From the sequence record CAXMZZ020000009.1: a stretch of 32,000 nucleotides of DNA; one strand, 5' to 3'. The translations under genes were made by a program, and so were the position numbers. A model generated the notes under the pieces. The model saw only the letters and a program-made list of their open reading frames with translations, had not been told where the DNA came from and ran no database searches. Every line of letters starts with the position of its first letter. The stretch's first letter is position 1. This document shows, in pieces, positions 20,362 to 29,970 of this stretch.

Positions 20362-20820
20362 TTAATAAAAATTATCGATATAATTTAATAAATATAATAA
20401 TCCAAGTTTTGGAATAATAATGTTATAAGATTTAATATCATATTTCTTCAACTTTAAATATAAAAGGTTTTTATTTAAAGTTGGGTAATAAATTTTTGTA
20501 TATAAAAAATTAAATCTTTCTAAATAACAATTTATTAAAATTATTTCAAGACTATTACTTTTTACTTTAGTTCTATAAAAAGGATATAAAGTAGTTGTAT
20601 CTAATAAAAAAAATAAATGTTTAATAAATTGTTTCATTTCTAGATTATCTAAACAGTTAGAAGTTTGTTTGATAGAAGAATTTAAACTAATATTATTATT
20701 TTTTTCTCTTAATTTTGTATGTAACTGAGAAATATGTAATGGTTCTAGACTACATAATGATATGTAAGCAAGTTTTAATTTTAATTTTTTTAATTTTGAT
20801 TTTTGAAAAAATAATTGCAT
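20362..20820 (-). CDS. Hypothetical protein, orf152 (basic, K/L/N/I/Y-rich; no family recognised)
   Basis: 152-codon ATG-initiated ORF. It lies 14 nt downstream of ycf65 on the same strand and 16 nt from the trnQ 3' end. An open frame this long is unlikely by chance in AT-rich DNA and it fills an otherwise empty 490-nt gap in a compact genome. I recognise no conserved motif. Confidence 0.5.
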   Translation of the reverse strand: MQLFFQKSKLKKLKLKLAYISLCSLEPLHISQLHTKLREKNNNISLNSSIKQTSNCLDNLEMKQFIKHLFFLLDTTTLYPFYRTKVKSNSLEIILINCYLERFNFLYTKIYYPTLNKNLLYLKLKKYDIKSYNIIIPKLGLLYLLNYIDNFY

Positions 20821-20834
20821 AGATTTTTACAATT

Positions 20835-21158
20835 TTAAATTGTTCCAATTATTTGAAAATTTAAATCTTTACTATGAATAAAAATTTGTTTTAAATTAGT
20901 TATTTCAACATTATTTAGCCAATAATTAATAATTAAATTATACGTATTTAAAATTTCTATTTTATCTAAATTTGGTAACCAAGGTTTATTATCAAGTTCA
21001 TTTTTTAATAATTTCCAGCTATCTTCTCTTGGCCAAAAATATAACTCTGTAATAGGGCGTGTTGATTTATTTTTTTGTTTTTTATCAACCCCTATTGCTA
21101 TATAAGTTTTTGACCAAAGTATTTTAAATAAATACGTTTTGTTTGATTCTATTTCCAT
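20835..21158 (-). CDS. ycf65: Plastid-specific ribosomal protein 3 (PSRP-3 / Ycf65)
   Basis: 107 aa. ...FKILWSKTYIAIGVD...PITELYFWPREDSWKLLKNELDNKPWL... matches the PSRP-3 signature (LTEYFFWPR.DAWE.LK.ELE.KPWI). Confidence 0.85.
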   Translation of the reverse strand: MEIESNKTYLFKILWSKTYIAIGVDKKQKNKSTRPITELYFWPREDSWKLLKNELDNKPWLPNLDKIEILNTYNLIINYWLNNVEITNLKQIFIHSKDLNFQIIGTI

Positions 21159-21170
21159 TCTGTTAATTTT

Positions 21171-21413
21171 TTACATTTTTTGTAAAATTTTTGCTTTTAT
21201 CAATAAATTTTTAACCGTTTCAGTAGGTTGTACACCTTGTTCTAATCTTTGAATTGTTCGACCTTTATCGATTTTAAAATTTTTTGTTAATGGATCATAA
21301 AATCCTAATTCTTCAATTGCACGACCATCTCTACGTGTACGACTATTCATTACAACTATTCTATATGATGGTATTCTTTTTCTTCCAAATCTTTTAAGTC
21401 GAATCTTTAACAT
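21171..21413 (-). CDS. rps16: 30S ribosomal protein S16
   Basis: 80 aa. MLKIRLKRFGRKRIPSYRIVVMNSRTRRDGRAIEELGFYDP is the canonical S16 sequence. No intron. Confidence 0.93.
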   Translation of the reverse strand: MLKIRLKRFGRKRIPSYRIVVMNSRTRRDGRAIEELGFYDPLTKNFKIDKGRTIQRLEQGVQPTETVKNLLIKAKILQKM

Positions 21414-21455
21414 AAATTTTATATTTAATAAGAGAGATTATTTTTTACAATAGTT

Positions 21456-21484
21456 ATTTTATACTAAGTTTACATAACTAACAA
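21456..21484 (-). promoter_or_regulatory. Possible internal promoter upstream of rps16 (-35 TTGTTA at 21479-21484, 17-nt spacer, -10 TAAAAT at 21456-21461)
   Basis: Motif match on the minus strand in the 100-nt ycf19-rps16 spacer. It is weak evidence in AT-rich DNA. Confidence 0.25.
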
Positions 21485-21513
21485 TAGTGAAAGAGAGCCC
21501 TAAAATTTGTCTA

Positions 21514-21810
21514 TTAACCAAATTTTATTAATTTACATAATCTAATCATCCATTCTAAATACAAAAATGAAAGTAAAGTACTCATATCAATTCCAAGAAT
21601 ATCAGGTATAAAACCTTCAAAATTTTCAACAAATTCTTCCGTTGCTACAATTAACATAAAAAATGGTTGAATATATGGATTAATATTTGGAAACCATGCA
21701 AGTGTTACACGCGCAGTTAATAACCAATAATAACTACGAAGAAAAATAGCTGCTATATCTTTACTAAAATTTAATGCATCCCATAAAATTTGTAAGTTTT
21801 GTGGTTCCAT
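21514..21810 (-). CDS. ycf19: YGGT-family membrane protein (Ycf19)
   Basis: 98 aa. ...RVTLAWFPNINPYIQPF... and ...GIDMSTLLSFL... match the YGGT/Ycf19 motifs (LSWFPNIN...PF; GxDFSPIL). Confidence 0.8.
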   Translation of the reverse strand: MEPQNLQILWDALNFSKDIAAIFLRSYYWLLTARVTLAWFPNINPYIQPFFMLIVATEEFVENFEGFIPDILGIDMSTLLSFLYLEWMIRLCKLIKFG

Positions 21811-21845
21811 AATATTTAAATTGAATTAGTTTTACTATAATTCCG

Positions 21846-21874
21846 ATTATATTTTATATAAAAAAAAAAATCAA
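21846..21874 (-). promoter_or_regulatory. Candidate PEP-type promoter for ycf19-rps16-ycf65-orf152 (-35 TTGATT at 21869-21874, 17-nt spacer, -10 TATAAT at 21846-21851)
   Basis: Perfect -10 box, a -35 box matching 4/6 and exact 17-nt spacing, 36 nt upstream of the ycf19 ATG. The spacer contains a T11 run (A11 on the plus strand, 21860-21870). Confidence 0.45.
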
Positions 21875-21878
21875 ATTG

Positions 21879-21944
21879 TTTTAAAATGTACTAATTTTTA
21901 CCTACATTTTTCTAAATGTAGGTAAAAATTAATACATTTTAAAA
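21879..21944. terminator. Long stem-loop at the 3' end of psaF-psaJ (31 pairs with one C/A mismatch, loop TTCT)
   Basis: Arms 21879-21909 and 21914-21944 were checked base by base; the only mismatch is 21891/21932. The stem includes the psaJ stop codon and the last codon. No U-tract follows on the minus-strand RNA, so it looks like a 3'-end stabilising/processing hairpin rather than an intrinsic terminator. Confidence 0.65.
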
Positions 21945-22067
21945 GACAGGGAAAGTTAAAGCATCAGGATAGAAACGATTTATCTCAATAATAAAACCAG
22001 CAGTTGCAGTAAGCCAGACTGTTAAAAGAACAGGTGCAGTTGAAAGGTACTTTTTAAAATCATTCAT
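21939..22067 (-). CDS. psaJ: Photosystem I subunit IX
   Basis: Not in the ORF track. Hand translation gives [42 protein letters not shown] (42 aa), the conserved PsaJ sequence. It lies 39 nt downstream of psaF. Confidence 0.9.
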   Translation of the reverse strand: MNDFKKYLSTAPVLLTVWLTATAGFIIEINRFYPDALTFPVF

Positions 22068-22106
22068 AGTTTTTTATCGTAAAAATAAATATTATTATAA
22101 AATAAA

Positions 22107-22664
22107 TTAACGTGGTGAAACAGGAATTTCTGAGTCTTTAGCAATTAAATCTCCACTAACATATTCCTGCCAAGCTGAAACTGGCCAAATATAACCGGTA
22201 GACATAATTTTTACAGCCAAAGGTACATCTATAATAATTTCTTTTTCTGTAGCATTTGGACTTGAACTAACTGTACCAATATATTTTCGACCAACCCAAC
22301 CAATCCAACCAGTAATATATAAAAATAATAAACCTGGAATTATAAATTCTGCAGCATGATTAAATCTACCATCTGTAATTAAATGTGGTAAACCATCTTT
22401 TCCACATAATAATCCTGATTTTCCATAACGATCAAATCTTGCTTTTGTTCTATCAATCTGTTGTTCTAATGCTAAAGCGGGTGGAGAGCCTGCTTCATAT
22501 TTTTGAACACGACCTTCTAATTTTCGAACACTAGCATCTAAACGTTTTGTAAAACCTGGTGATTCACTACATGGTACTAATCCAGCAACATCGGCATTAG
22601 CAAAAGTCGGTAAACTAACGATAATTGCTACAAGTATGCCAGTTAATTTTTTTAAATGATTCAT
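22107..22664 (-). CDS. psaF: Photosystem I subunit III (plastocyanin/cytochrome c6 docking)
   Basis: 185 aa. N-terminal lumen-targeting signal peptide (...[13 protein letters not shown]), then [12 protein letters not shown] and other conserved PsaF blocks. Confidence 0.95.
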   Translation of the reverse strand: MNHLKKLTGILVAIIVSLPTFANADVAGLVPCSESPGFTKRLDASVRKLEGRVQKYEAGSPPALALEQQIDRTKARFDRYGKSGLLCGKDGLPHLITDGRFNHAAEFIIPGLLFLYITGWIGWVGRKYIGTVSSSPNATEKEIIIDVPLAVKIMSTGYIWPVSAWQEYVSGDLIAKDSEIPVSPR

Positions 22665-22813
22665 AGTTATAAGAACTTACTTTTAAAAGATTTTTTTAAA
22701 TAAAGAATAATTGTTGTAGTTTTATAAAAAATTACAGAAATAATCAAAGTAACGATAAATATATTTTATATTATTTACTAAAAAATTTAAATTTTTATAC
22801 GTTCTTTAATTGT

Positions 22814-23206
22814 TTATTTTAAAACTACTGTAGCACCAGCCTCTTCTAATTGTTTTTTACTTGCTTCAGCATCATCTTTTGATACTCCTTCTTTAACAAC
22901 TTTAGGTGCACTTTCTACTAATTCTTTTGCTTCTTTTAAACCTAAACCAGTAATTGTACGAACAATTTTAAGAACGGCAATTTTCTTATCTGCTGGAACA
23001 GCTTCTAAAAATAAATCAAATTCTGTTTTTTCTTCAGCTGCTTCAGCATCTTCACCACTTGGTGCTGCACCACCAACCATAACCATACCACCACCAACTG
23101 AAGCATCTACACCAAATGTTTCTTCAATTTTTTCAACAAGTTGTGCTGCTTCTAATAATGTTAAGTTTTTTAATGCTTCAATAATTTTATCTTGTTCTGT
23201 TGTCAT
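22814..23206 (-). CDS. rpl12: 50S ribosomal protein L7/L12
   Basis: 130 aa. N-terminal dimerisation helix, Ala/Gly/Glu-rich hinge, and C-terminal domain [24 protein letters not shown]. Confidence 0.95.
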   Translation of the reverse strand: MTTEQDKIIEALKNLTLLEAAQLVEKIEETFGVDASVGGGMVMVGGAAPSGEDAEAAEEKTEFDLFLEAVPADKKIAVLKIVRTITGLGLKEAKELVESAPKVVKEGVSKDDAEASKKQLEEAGATVVLK

Positions 23207-23330
23207 TATAATTTCCTAAAAATTTTTTTAAGTATGATTTTTGATTATAACATTATGTTTAAAGAAATATTAAATATTTTTTAATTTAAAAAAATAAATT
23301 AAGCAATAAAGATTTAAAATAAGTAATCTT

Positions 23331-24023
23331 TTAGTTTTTAAAAGTATTAATATCTAATTTGATAGATGGACCCATTGTACTACAAATATAAAAAGCTTTA
23401 AAATATTTACCTTTAACACCAACTGGTTTATTTTGTTCAATAGAATTATAAACTGCGGATAAGTTTTCTACTAAATCTTCTTCTGAAAAATTAACTTTTC
23501 CAAAATTGATATGAACTAACCCATTTCGATCAGCACGGTATTCTATTTTTCCTTTTTTAAATTCGTTTAAAGCATCTTCAATATCATTAGTTACAGTACC
23601 AGCTTTTGGTGACGGCATTAAACCTTTTGGTCCTAAAACTCGACCTAATTTTGCTAATTTTGGCATCATATCAGGACTAGATATTAAAATATCGAAATCT
23701 AAATTTCCTTTAGTCATATCTTCAATAAGATCTTCAGATCCTACAACATCAGCTAACTCACTATAATTTGATACAATTTTTTCTTGAGGTAATAATAATG
23801 CAATTCGTTTTGTTTTACCTGTTCCTTTTGGTAAAATTAATGTACTACGTAATTGTTGATCACTATATTTTGGATCTATATTTAATGATATATGAGCTTC
23901 AGCAGATTCAATAAATTTTGCTGTTGAAGTATTTTTTAAAATGGTTATTGATTCATCAATTTCATATAATTTATCTTCAACTTTCTCACGTGCATTTTTT
24001 ATTCGTTTTGAAAAATTTTTCAT
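23331..24023 (-). CDS. rpl1: 50S ribosomal protein L1
   Basis: 230 aa. ...LGPKGLMPSPKAGTVT... and other L1 blocks. Lies between rpl11 and rpl12. Confidence 0.95.
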   Translation of the reverse strand: MKNFSKRIKNAREKVEDKLYEIDESITILKNTSTAKFIESAEAHISLNIDPKYSDQQLRSTLILPKGTGKTKRIALLLPQEKIVSNYSELADVVGSEDLIEDMTKGNLDFDILISSPDMMPKLAKLGRVLGPKGLMPSPKAGTVTNDIEDALNEFKKGKIEYRADRNGLVHINFGKVNFSEEDLVENLSAVYNSIEQNKPVGVKGKYFKAFYICSTMGPSIKLDINTFKN

Positions 24024-24057
24024 TATTTATTTTAAATTTTACGATTAATAAAAATAA

Positions 24058-24480
24058 TTAAGTGATTGTAATACCCATATTTTTAGCCGTTCCTTCGACA
24101 ATTCGAATAGCACTATCTAGTTTTATTGTATTTAAATCAGGTAATTTTGTTTTTGCGATTTCTTCTAATTGCTCAGTTGTAATTGATGCTACATTGATAT
24201 TATTTGGTTCTGAAGAACCTTTTTTAACATTTGCAGCTTTAGCTAATAGTACTGAAGCTGGTGGAGTTTTTAAAACTAATGAAAATGATCTATCATCATA
24301 TACTGATATTTCAACAGGAATAATTAATCCACTTTGATCACTTGTTTTCGCATTATATTCTTTACAAAATGCAGCAATATTTACACCATGTTGACTTAAA
24401 GCAGGTCCAACTGGGGGTGCAGGTAATGCTTTACCAGCAGGTAAAGCTAATTTAACAATTGCAATAAGTTTTTTTGCCAT
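24058..24480 (-). CDS. rpl11: 50S ribosomal protein L11
   Basis: 140 aa. [43 protein letters not shown] is canonical L11. Confidence 0.96.
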   Translation of the reverse strand: MAKKLIAIVKLALPAGKALPAPPVGPALSQHGVNIAAFCKEYNAKTSDQSGLIIPVEISVYDDRSFSLVLKTPPASVLLAKAANVKKGSSEPNNINVASITTEQLEEIAKTKLPDLNTIKLDSAIRIVEGTAKNMGITIT

Positions 24481-24592
24481 AACATTAATATTTTGTTTTT
24501 AATAATTTTAAATTTTATTTTGAAGTAATTCCTGAAAAAGACTATATAGAAATAACGTATAATTTTCTAGTTGTAATAAATAAGTTTTAACA

Positions 24593-24665
24593 CACGCCCT
24601 GAAGGACTTGAACCCTCGACATTAGGTTTTGGAGACCTACGTTCTACCAACTGAACTAAGGACGC
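24593..24665 (-). tRNA. trnW: tRNA-Trp (anticodon CCA)
   Basis: The reverse complement GCGTCCTTAGTTCAGTTGGTAGAACGTAGGTCTCCAAAACCTAATGTCGAGGGTTCAAGTCCTTCAGGGCGTG folds as a cloverleaf. Anticodon loop CTCCAAA. G1-U72 and discriminator G as in plastid trnW. Confidence 0.93.
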
Positions 24666-24757
24666 TATATTTTTATAGTAGAATAAGTAACTTAATCTAC
24701 TATATTTAGCATATATTATTAATCAATTTTAGTCAAATAATAAAAATTGTTTAATTT

Positions 24758-24961
24758 TTATTTTTTAGTTGAACTCGCTTCAACTAATTCATCTTTACTA
24801 AAATTATTAGTATTTGCACCACTATAATTGACTTTTTCAAATCTAACAACAACTGGATAACGAGCTCCACTGCTTTCATCTACACTTGCAACCTTACCTA
24901 AATCATTAAACCAGTATGATTCTTTACGTAAAATACGAACTGTTGATCCTTTTTGTACCAT
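24758..24961 (-). CDS. psaE: Photosystem I subunit IV
   Basis: 67 aa. [27 protein letters not shown]...[18 protein letters not shown] is the conserved PsaE SH3-like fold sequence. Confidence 0.93.
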   Translation of the reverse strand: MVQKGSTVRILRKESYWFNDLGKVASVDESSGARYPVVVRFEKVNYSGANTNNFSKDELVEASSTKK

Positions 24962-25113
24962 GTTAGTTATCCTTATAGTTAATTTAACTTGATAATAATA
25001 ATTATAGAATTATTAAAAAAAAATAAACAGAATATATATAATTGTTTTAAAAAATGTTGTTTTTTCTATTTATAATATGTTATCTAAATATTAAATGGTT
25101 AATTTTATAATCT

Positions 25114-25117
25114 GGAG
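25114..25117 (+). promoter_or_regulatory. Shine-Dalgarno GGAG for ftsH (6-nt spacer)
   Basis: tcTGGAGAAAAGaATG, almost identical to the petD initiation region. Confidence 0.5.
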
Positions 25118-25123
25118 AAAAGA

Positions 25124-27109
25124 ATGAGCTCAAGAAATAGATTAGTAACCGTTGTTACTGTAATTATAGTCGCTATTGCTAGTTTTTTTGGTTGGCAAAA
25201 TTTTATTAATAAACCTGGAAATAATTTTGATTCAGGCGAAAATAAAACAAGTTCAAAAATGACATATGGTCGTTTTATGGATTATTTAGATATGGGTTGG
25301 GTTAAAACAGTAGATTTTTATGAAGAAGGTCGTACAGCTATTGTAGAAGCATCAAGTCCAGAATTAGGCGATAGACCTCAAAAAATTAGAGTCGAAATTC
25401 CAGTTGGTGCATCACCACTAATTGTTAAATTGCGTGAAGCTAATGTTGATTTTACAGCGCATCCATCAAATAATTTTGATGGTATTTTTAGTTTATTAAG
25501 TAATATCTTAATTCCTATTATTGTCGTTGCCGGATTATTTTTCTTTTTTAGAAGATCACAAAATTTTATGGGTGGTGGACCGGGCCAATTTATGAATTTT
25601 CGTCGATCACCTGCAAAAGTTCAAGTAAATCCAAATACTGGAGTTATGTTTGAAGACGTAGCAGGAATTGATGAGGCAAAAGAAGAATTTGAAGAGGTAG
25701 TAACTTTTTTACAAACACCTTTTCGTTTTACTTCAGTTGGTGCTAAAATTCCAAAAGGAGTGTTATTAGTTGGACCTCCTGGTACAGGTAAAACACTTTT
25801 AGCAAAAGCTATTGCTGGTGAAGCTGGTGTACCTTTTATAAGTATTTCTGGTTCAGAATTTGTTGAAATGTTTGTAGGTGTAGGTGCTTCAAGAGTAAGA
25901 GACTTATTTAAAACAGCTCAACAAAATTCACCATGTATAATTTTTATTGATGAAATTGATGCTATTGGTCGTCAACGTGGTGCAGGTGTTGGTGGTGGAA
26001 ATGATGAACGTGAACAAACTTTAAATCAAATCTTAACTGAAATGGATGGATTTGAAGGAAATACTGGAGTAATTGTTATTGCCGCAACAAATCGTGTTGA
26101 CGTATTAGATGGTGCACTACTTCGACCAGGTCGATTTGATCGTCAAGTTACAGTAAATTTACCAGATGTAAAAGGTCGCATTGAAATTTTAAAGGTTCAC
26201 GCCCGTAATAAAAAATTAGATGAAGATGTATCATTACAAGGTATTGCATACCGAACACCAGGATTTTCAGGAGCTGATCTAGCCAATGTCTTAAATGAAT
26301 CAGCAATTATAACAGCTAGACGTAAAAAATCTGCAATTGGTTCTTCAGAAGTTAGTACAGCTATTGATCGTGTTATTGCAGGGTTAGAAGGTACATCTTT
26401 AACCGATACTAAAAATAAACGATTAATTGCTTATCATGAAATTGGTCATGCAATGGTTGGAACCCTACTAAAATACCATGATAATGTTGAAAAAGTAACT
26501 TTAATTCCAAGAGGACAAGCACGTGGGTTAACATGGTTTATGCCCGATGAAGATCAAATGCTAACATCCCGTGGTCAATTATTAGCACGAATAACTGCTG
26601 CATTAGCTGGACGAGCAGCCGAAGAAGTTGTTTTTGGAAAAAGTGAAATAACAACTGGGGCTAGTAATGATTTAAAAGTTGTTACAGATTTAGCTCGTCA
26701 GATGGTTACACGTTTTGGAATGTCAAAGGTTGGTCCAATAGCTTTAGAATCAGAACAAGGTCCAGTATTTTTAGGCCGTGGAATTCGCATGACAAAAGAT
26801 CGTTCAGATCATACATTAAATCGAATTGATAATGAAATGCGAGATATTATTAAATACTGCTATAAGCAAGCTATTGAGATTATTGAAGAAAATCGAGTAA
26901 TAATTGATCAATTAGTGGAAGATTTAATGGAAGAAGAGACGATTTCTGGAACTGAATTTCGTAAAAAAGTTGAAGCTTTTACTGATATACCATCAAAAAT
27001 TTTTCCTTTTAAAAATTCTAAAACATTTATAGAACCAATAATAAACACAGAAAAAATTGAAGAAAAATCTTTATTAAAAGATGAAGAACCAGTTATTGTT
27101 TCTGCTTAA
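25124..27109 (+). CDS. ftsH: ATP-dependent zinc metalloprotease FtsH
   Basis: 661 aa with two N-terminal transmembrane segments, Walker A GPPGTGKT, Walker B IIFIDEID, a second region of homology, and the zinc site HEIGHAM. Confidence 0.97.
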   Translation: MSSRNRLVTVVTVIIVAIASFFGWQNFINKPGNNFDSGENKTSSKMTYGRFMDYLDMGWVKTVDFYEEGRTAIVEASSPELGDRPQKIRVEIPVGASPLIVKLREANVDFTAHPSNNFDGIFSLLSNILIPIIVVAGLFFFFRRSQNFMGGGPGQFMNFRRSPAKVQVNPNTGVMFEDVAGIDEAKEEFEEVVTFLQTPFRFTSVGAKIPKGVLLVGPPGTGKTLLAKAIAGEAGVPFISISGSEFVEMFVGVGASRVRDLFKTAQQNSPCIIFIDEIDAIGRQRGAGVGGGNDEREQTLNQILTEMDGFEGNTGVIVIAATNRVDVLDGALLRPGRFDRQVTVNLPDVKGRIEILKVHARNKKLDEDVSLQGIAYRTPGFSGADLANVLNESAIITARRKKSAIGSSEVSTAIDRVIAGLEGTSLTDTKNKRLIAYHEIGHAMVGTLLKYHDNVEKVTLIPRGQARGLTWFMPDEDQMLTSRGQLLARITAALAGRAAEEVVFGKSEITTGASNDLKVVTDLARQMVTRFGMSKVGPIALESEQGPVFLGRGIRMTKDRSDHTLNRIDNEMRDIIKYCYKQAIEIIEENRVIIDQLVEDLMEEETISGTEFRKKVEAFTDIPSKIFPFKNSKTFIEPIINTEKIEEKSLLKDEEPVIVSA

Positions 27110-27133
27110 GGAAAAAAATTCTTAAAATTATTA

Positions 27134-27185
27134 TTTAACCTCGGAATATATTATTTAAAATTTTTAATTAATTTCCGAGGTTAAA
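27134..27185. terminator. Stem-loop between convergent ftsH and psbH (13-bp GC-containing stem, 26-nt AT loop)
   Basis: TTTAACCTCGGAA (27134-27146) is perfectly complementary to TTCCGAGGTTAAA (27173-27185). It ends 2 nt before the psbH stop codon. Confidence 0.55.
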
Positions 27186-27187
27186 AA

Positions 27188-27391
27188 CTAGTTACCTATA
27201 TTTTGCCAACTAACATCTACATTATCAATAATTAATGATGAATTATAAATTTGTAAAATAATTAGTAAGAAAACAAGAAAAGCTAGCATAAAGCCACCCA
27301 TGACTAAAGTTGTTCCCCAACCTGGGGCTACTTTACCATATTCTGAATTTAACGGACGTAAAAGTTCTCCTAACCTAGTTCTTAAAGCCAT
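27188..27391 (-). CDS. psbH: Photosystem II protein H
   Basis: 67 aa. ...[37 protein letters not shown]... is conserved PsbH. Confidence 0.93.
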   Translation of the reverse strand: MALRTRLGELLRPLNSEYGKVAPGWGTTLVMGGFMLAFLVFLLIILQIYNSSLIIDNVDVSWQNIGN

Positions 27392-27449
27392 AATTTTCGT
27401 AAAGTAAAATTAAGTTAATAAATAAGATAAATAATTAAAAAAAAATATT

Positions 27450-27581
27450 ATGGAAACAGCGACAATTTTAGTGATTTTTTTATCAAGTCTACTATTAGGT
27501 ATTACCGTATATTCAATATATACAGCATTCGGTCCCGTAGCTAAAAATTTACGTGATCCATTTGAAGAACATGAAGATTAA
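27450..27581 (+). CDS. psbN: PsbN (photosystem II assembly factor)
   Basis: Not in the ORF track. Hand translation gives [43 protein letters not shown] (43 aa), the conserved PsbN. It is on the strand opposite to psbB/T/H, as usual. Confidence 0.92.
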   Translation: METATILVIFLSSLLLGITVYSIYTAFGPVAKNLRDPFEEHED

Positions 27582-27593
27582 ACTTTTATAAAC

Positions 27594-27630
27594 GTTAATC
27601 TATAATTAAGTAAATTAATTATAGATTAAC
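27594..27630. terminator. Stem-loop between convergent psbN and psbT (16-bp perfect stem, loop GTAAA)
   Basis: GTTAATCTATAATTAA (27594-27609) against TTAATTATAGATTAAC (27615-27630), checked base by base. Confidence 0.55.
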
Positions 27631-27658
27631 ATTTTCTAGCAGTTTAATATTTCATAAA

Positions 27659-27757
27659 CTATTTTTTAAGAATTTTCGGTGTTTCACGGAAGAAAACAGC
27701 AAAAAATATTACCATTAAAGTTCCAATTAGTAAGAAAGTATAAACTAATGCTTCCAT
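27659..27757 (-). CDS. psbT: Photosystem II protein T
   Basis: Not in the ORF track. Hand translation gives [32 protein letters not shown] (32 aa), the conserved PsbT. It lies 58 nt downstream of psbB. Confidence 0.92.
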   Translation of the reverse strand: MEALVYTFLLIGTLMVIFFAVFFRETPKILKK

Positions 27758-27815
27758 TTGTTAATCCTTTAAAATAAAAAAATGAATATTTGAGTATGAT
27801 CGTTAATAATGATGT

Positions 27816-29345
27816 TTAAACTACACCTTGTTTTTTAGTAGTTTTATCTCCAAGTTTTTGGAATGAACCAAATTCAACTTGTTCTGTTACCTCAGCACCA
27901 ATACCAGTAAATACATCACGGAATAATGTACGTGAACCATGCCATAAGTGTCCGAAGAAGAATAATAGAGCAAAGTTTATATGACCAAATGTATACCAAC
28001 CACGTGGACTACTACGGAATACACCATCTGATTCTAAACTATTTCTATCAAATTCAAATACTTCACCTAATTGTGCTTTTCGAGCAAATTTCTTAACTGT
28101 TGGAGCATCTTTAAATGATTGACCATTTAATTTTCCACCATAGAAACTTACATTAACTCCAACCTGTTCAATACTATATTTAGATTCAGCACGACGGAAT
28201 GGAATATCAGCACGGATAATACCGTCTTTATCAACTAAAATTACAGGGAATGTTTCAAAAAAGGCTGGCATACGACGTACTGCTAATTCACGTCCTTCTT
28301 TATCACGGAAAATTGGATGACCTAACCATGTTTCAGCAATTCCATCACCTTTATCCATTGGACCTGCACGGAATAAACCACCTTTAGCTGGATTATTTCC
28401 AATATAGTCATAGAAAGCTAATTTATCAGGAATACGTGACCAAGCATCACTTTCAGAAACACCATTACTTACTGATTCTTCAACACGACGTTCAATTTCT
28501 TGTTGGAAGTAACCGCTATCCCATTGATAACGTGTTGGTCCAAATAATTCAATTGGTGTTGTTGCTGAACCATACCACATTGTACCAGATGTTACAAATG
28601 CTGCAAAGAATACAGCTGAAATACTACTTGATAATACAGTTTCAATATTTCCCATACGTAAAGCACGATATAATCGTTGTGGAGGACGTACCGTTAAATG
28701 GAAAATACCAGCTAAAATACCAAGAATACCAGCAGCAATATGATGAGAAGCAACACCACTTGGATTAAACGGGTTAAAACCATCTGGTCCCCAAGCTGGT
28801 GCTACTGGTTGAACTTTACCAGTTACACCATATGCATCTGAAACCCAAATTCCAGGACCAAATAGACCTGTAACATGGAAAGCACCAAAACCAAAACATA
28901 GTAAACTTGCTAAAAGTAAATGAATACCAAATACTTTTGGTAAATCTAAAGCTGGTTCACCTGTACGTGGATCACGGAATAATTCTAAATCCCAATAAAC
29001 CCAGTGCCAAATTGCTGCTAAGAAACAAAGACCAGATAATACGATGTGTGAAAGAGCAACACCTTCAAAACTCCAAATACCAGGATTTGATACACTTTCC
29101 CCAGTAATACTCCATCCACCCCATGAATCCGTAATTCCAAGTCTTGTCATAAAAGGCATTACGAACATACCTTGACGCCACATTGGATTTAAAACTGGAT
29201 CTGAAGGATCAAATACAGCTAATTCATATAATGCCATTGAACCTGCCCAACCAGCAACTAAAGCCGTATGCATTAAATGTACAGCAATTAAACGACCTGG
29301 ATCATTAAGAACTACTGTATGAACACGATACCATGGTAGTGCCAT
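27816..29345 (-). CDS. psbB: Photosystem II CP47 chlorophyll apoprotein
   Basis: 509 aa. [43 protein letters not shown]... is highly conserved throughout. Confidence 0.98.
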   Translation of the reverse strand: MALPWYRVHTVVLNDPGRLIAVHLMHTALVAGWAGSMALYELAVFDPSDPVLNPMWRQGMFVMPFMTRLGITDSWGGWSITGESVSNPGIWSFEGVALSHIVLSGLCFLAAIWHWVYWDLELFRDPRTGEPALDLPKVFGIHLLLASLLCFGFGAFHVTGLFGPGIWVSDAYGVTGKVQPVAPAWGPDGFNPFNPSGVASHHIAAGILGILAGIFHLTVRPPQRLYRALRMGNIETVLSSSISAVFFAAFVTSGTMWYGSATTPIELFGPTRYQWDSGYFQQEIERRVEESVSNGVSESDAWSRIPDKLAFYDYIGNNPAKGGLFRAGPMDKGDGIAETWLGHPIFRDKEGRELAVRRMPAFFETFPVILVDKDGIIRADIPFRRAESKYSIEQVGVNVSFYGGKLNGQSFKDAPTVKKFARKAQLGEVFEFDRNSLESDGVFRSSPRGWYTFGHINFALLFFFGHLWHGSRTLFRDVFTGIGAEVTEQVEFGSFQKLGDKTTKKQGVV

Positions 29346-29351
29346 TTTTTT

Positions 29352-29356
29352 CTCCT
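29352..29356 (-). promoter_or_regulatory. Shine-Dalgarno AGGAG for psbB (6-nt A-only spacer)
   Basis: The minus strand reads ACAGGAGAAAAAAATG. Confidence 0.5.
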
Positions 29357-29628
29357 GTAAAACTACAACTTATTAACTTTCTTACTTTTTAATATACTGA
29401 CTTATATTTTAACCTAAAAATACTTTATGATTAAATATTTTTTATAATCTATAATATACAATGTATATATATACTATTATACGATGATAATATTAGTTAA
29501 AAAAAACTAGCTTTCTTTATTAAATAATGTTATCATTCAAAAGATTATTTATTTGTTTATAATATTACACAAATATTTCTATTTAACCTGTTATATTTAA
29601 ATTATTTTAATAACCGAAAATCTCAATT

Positions 29629-29931
29629 ATGGCAACAACTTACAAAGTAACGCTAAAAAGTGAACAAAATAGCTTAGATACAGTTATCGAATGTAGTGCT
29701 TCTGAATTTATTTTAGATGCAGCAGAAGAACAAGGTATTGATTTACCATATTCTTGTCGTGCAGGTGCTTGTTCAACATGTGCAGGTAAAGTTATTGACG
29801 GTACAATTGATCAATCAGAACAATCTTTTTTAGATGATGATCAAATGGGTGAAGGATTTGTATTAACTTGTGTAGCTTATCCTACATCAGATTGTACAAT
29901 TGAAGCATATGCAGAAGATGAATTATATTAA
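29629..29931 (+). CDS. petF: Plant-type [2Fe-2S] ferredoxin
   Basis: 100 aa. ATTYKVTL..., cluster ligand motif [14 protein letters not shown] plus LTCVAYP. Confidence 0.95.
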   Translation: MATTYKVTLKSEQNSLDTVIECSASEFILDAAEEQGIDLPYSCRAGACSTCAGKVIDGTIDQSEQSFLDDDQMGEGFVLTCVAYPTSDCTIEAYAEDELY

Positions 29932-29933
29932 TT

Positions 29934-29970
29934 AAAAAAACCCTTGTCAATTTTTGACAAGGGTTTTTTT
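29934..29970. terminator. Bidirectional intrinsic-terminator-like hairpin between convergent petF and rps10 (A7, 10-bp GC-containing stem, TTT loop, T7)
   Basis: AAAAAAACCCTTGTCAA-TTT-TTGACAAGGGTTTTTTT, 17 perfect pairs. It starts 3 nt after the petF stop codon and touches the rps10 stop codon. Confidence 0.75.

Noticed and set aside
22715-22736. 9-bp hairpin downstream of rpl12
   Set aside because: It needs a G-U pair on the plus strand, which becomes a C-A mismatch on the minus-strand transcript that matters here. It is too weak.
24062-24337. 91-aa plus-strand ORF inside rpl11
   Set aside because: It is antisense to rpl11, and the hydrophobic mirror-frame peptide is an artefact of the sense-strand codon pattern.
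24674-24704. 9-bp inverted repeat (TATAGTAGA/TCTACTATA) between psaE and trnW
   Set aside because: It has a short AT-rich stem with a 13-nt loop and is within chance expectation.
24962-25123. Promoters for ftsH and psaE in their divergent spacer
   Set aside because: TATAAT-like hexamers exist (for example 25071-25076), but none has an acceptable -35 box or TG extension at proper spacing, so I could not support a call.
28436-28768. 110-aa plus-strand ORF inside psbB
   Set aside because: It is antisense to the highly conserved psbB. The Q/H/L/Y-rich sequence looks nothing like a protein.
28907-29107. 66-aa plus-strand ORF inside psbB
   Set aside because: Rejected for the same reason as the ORF at 28436-28768.
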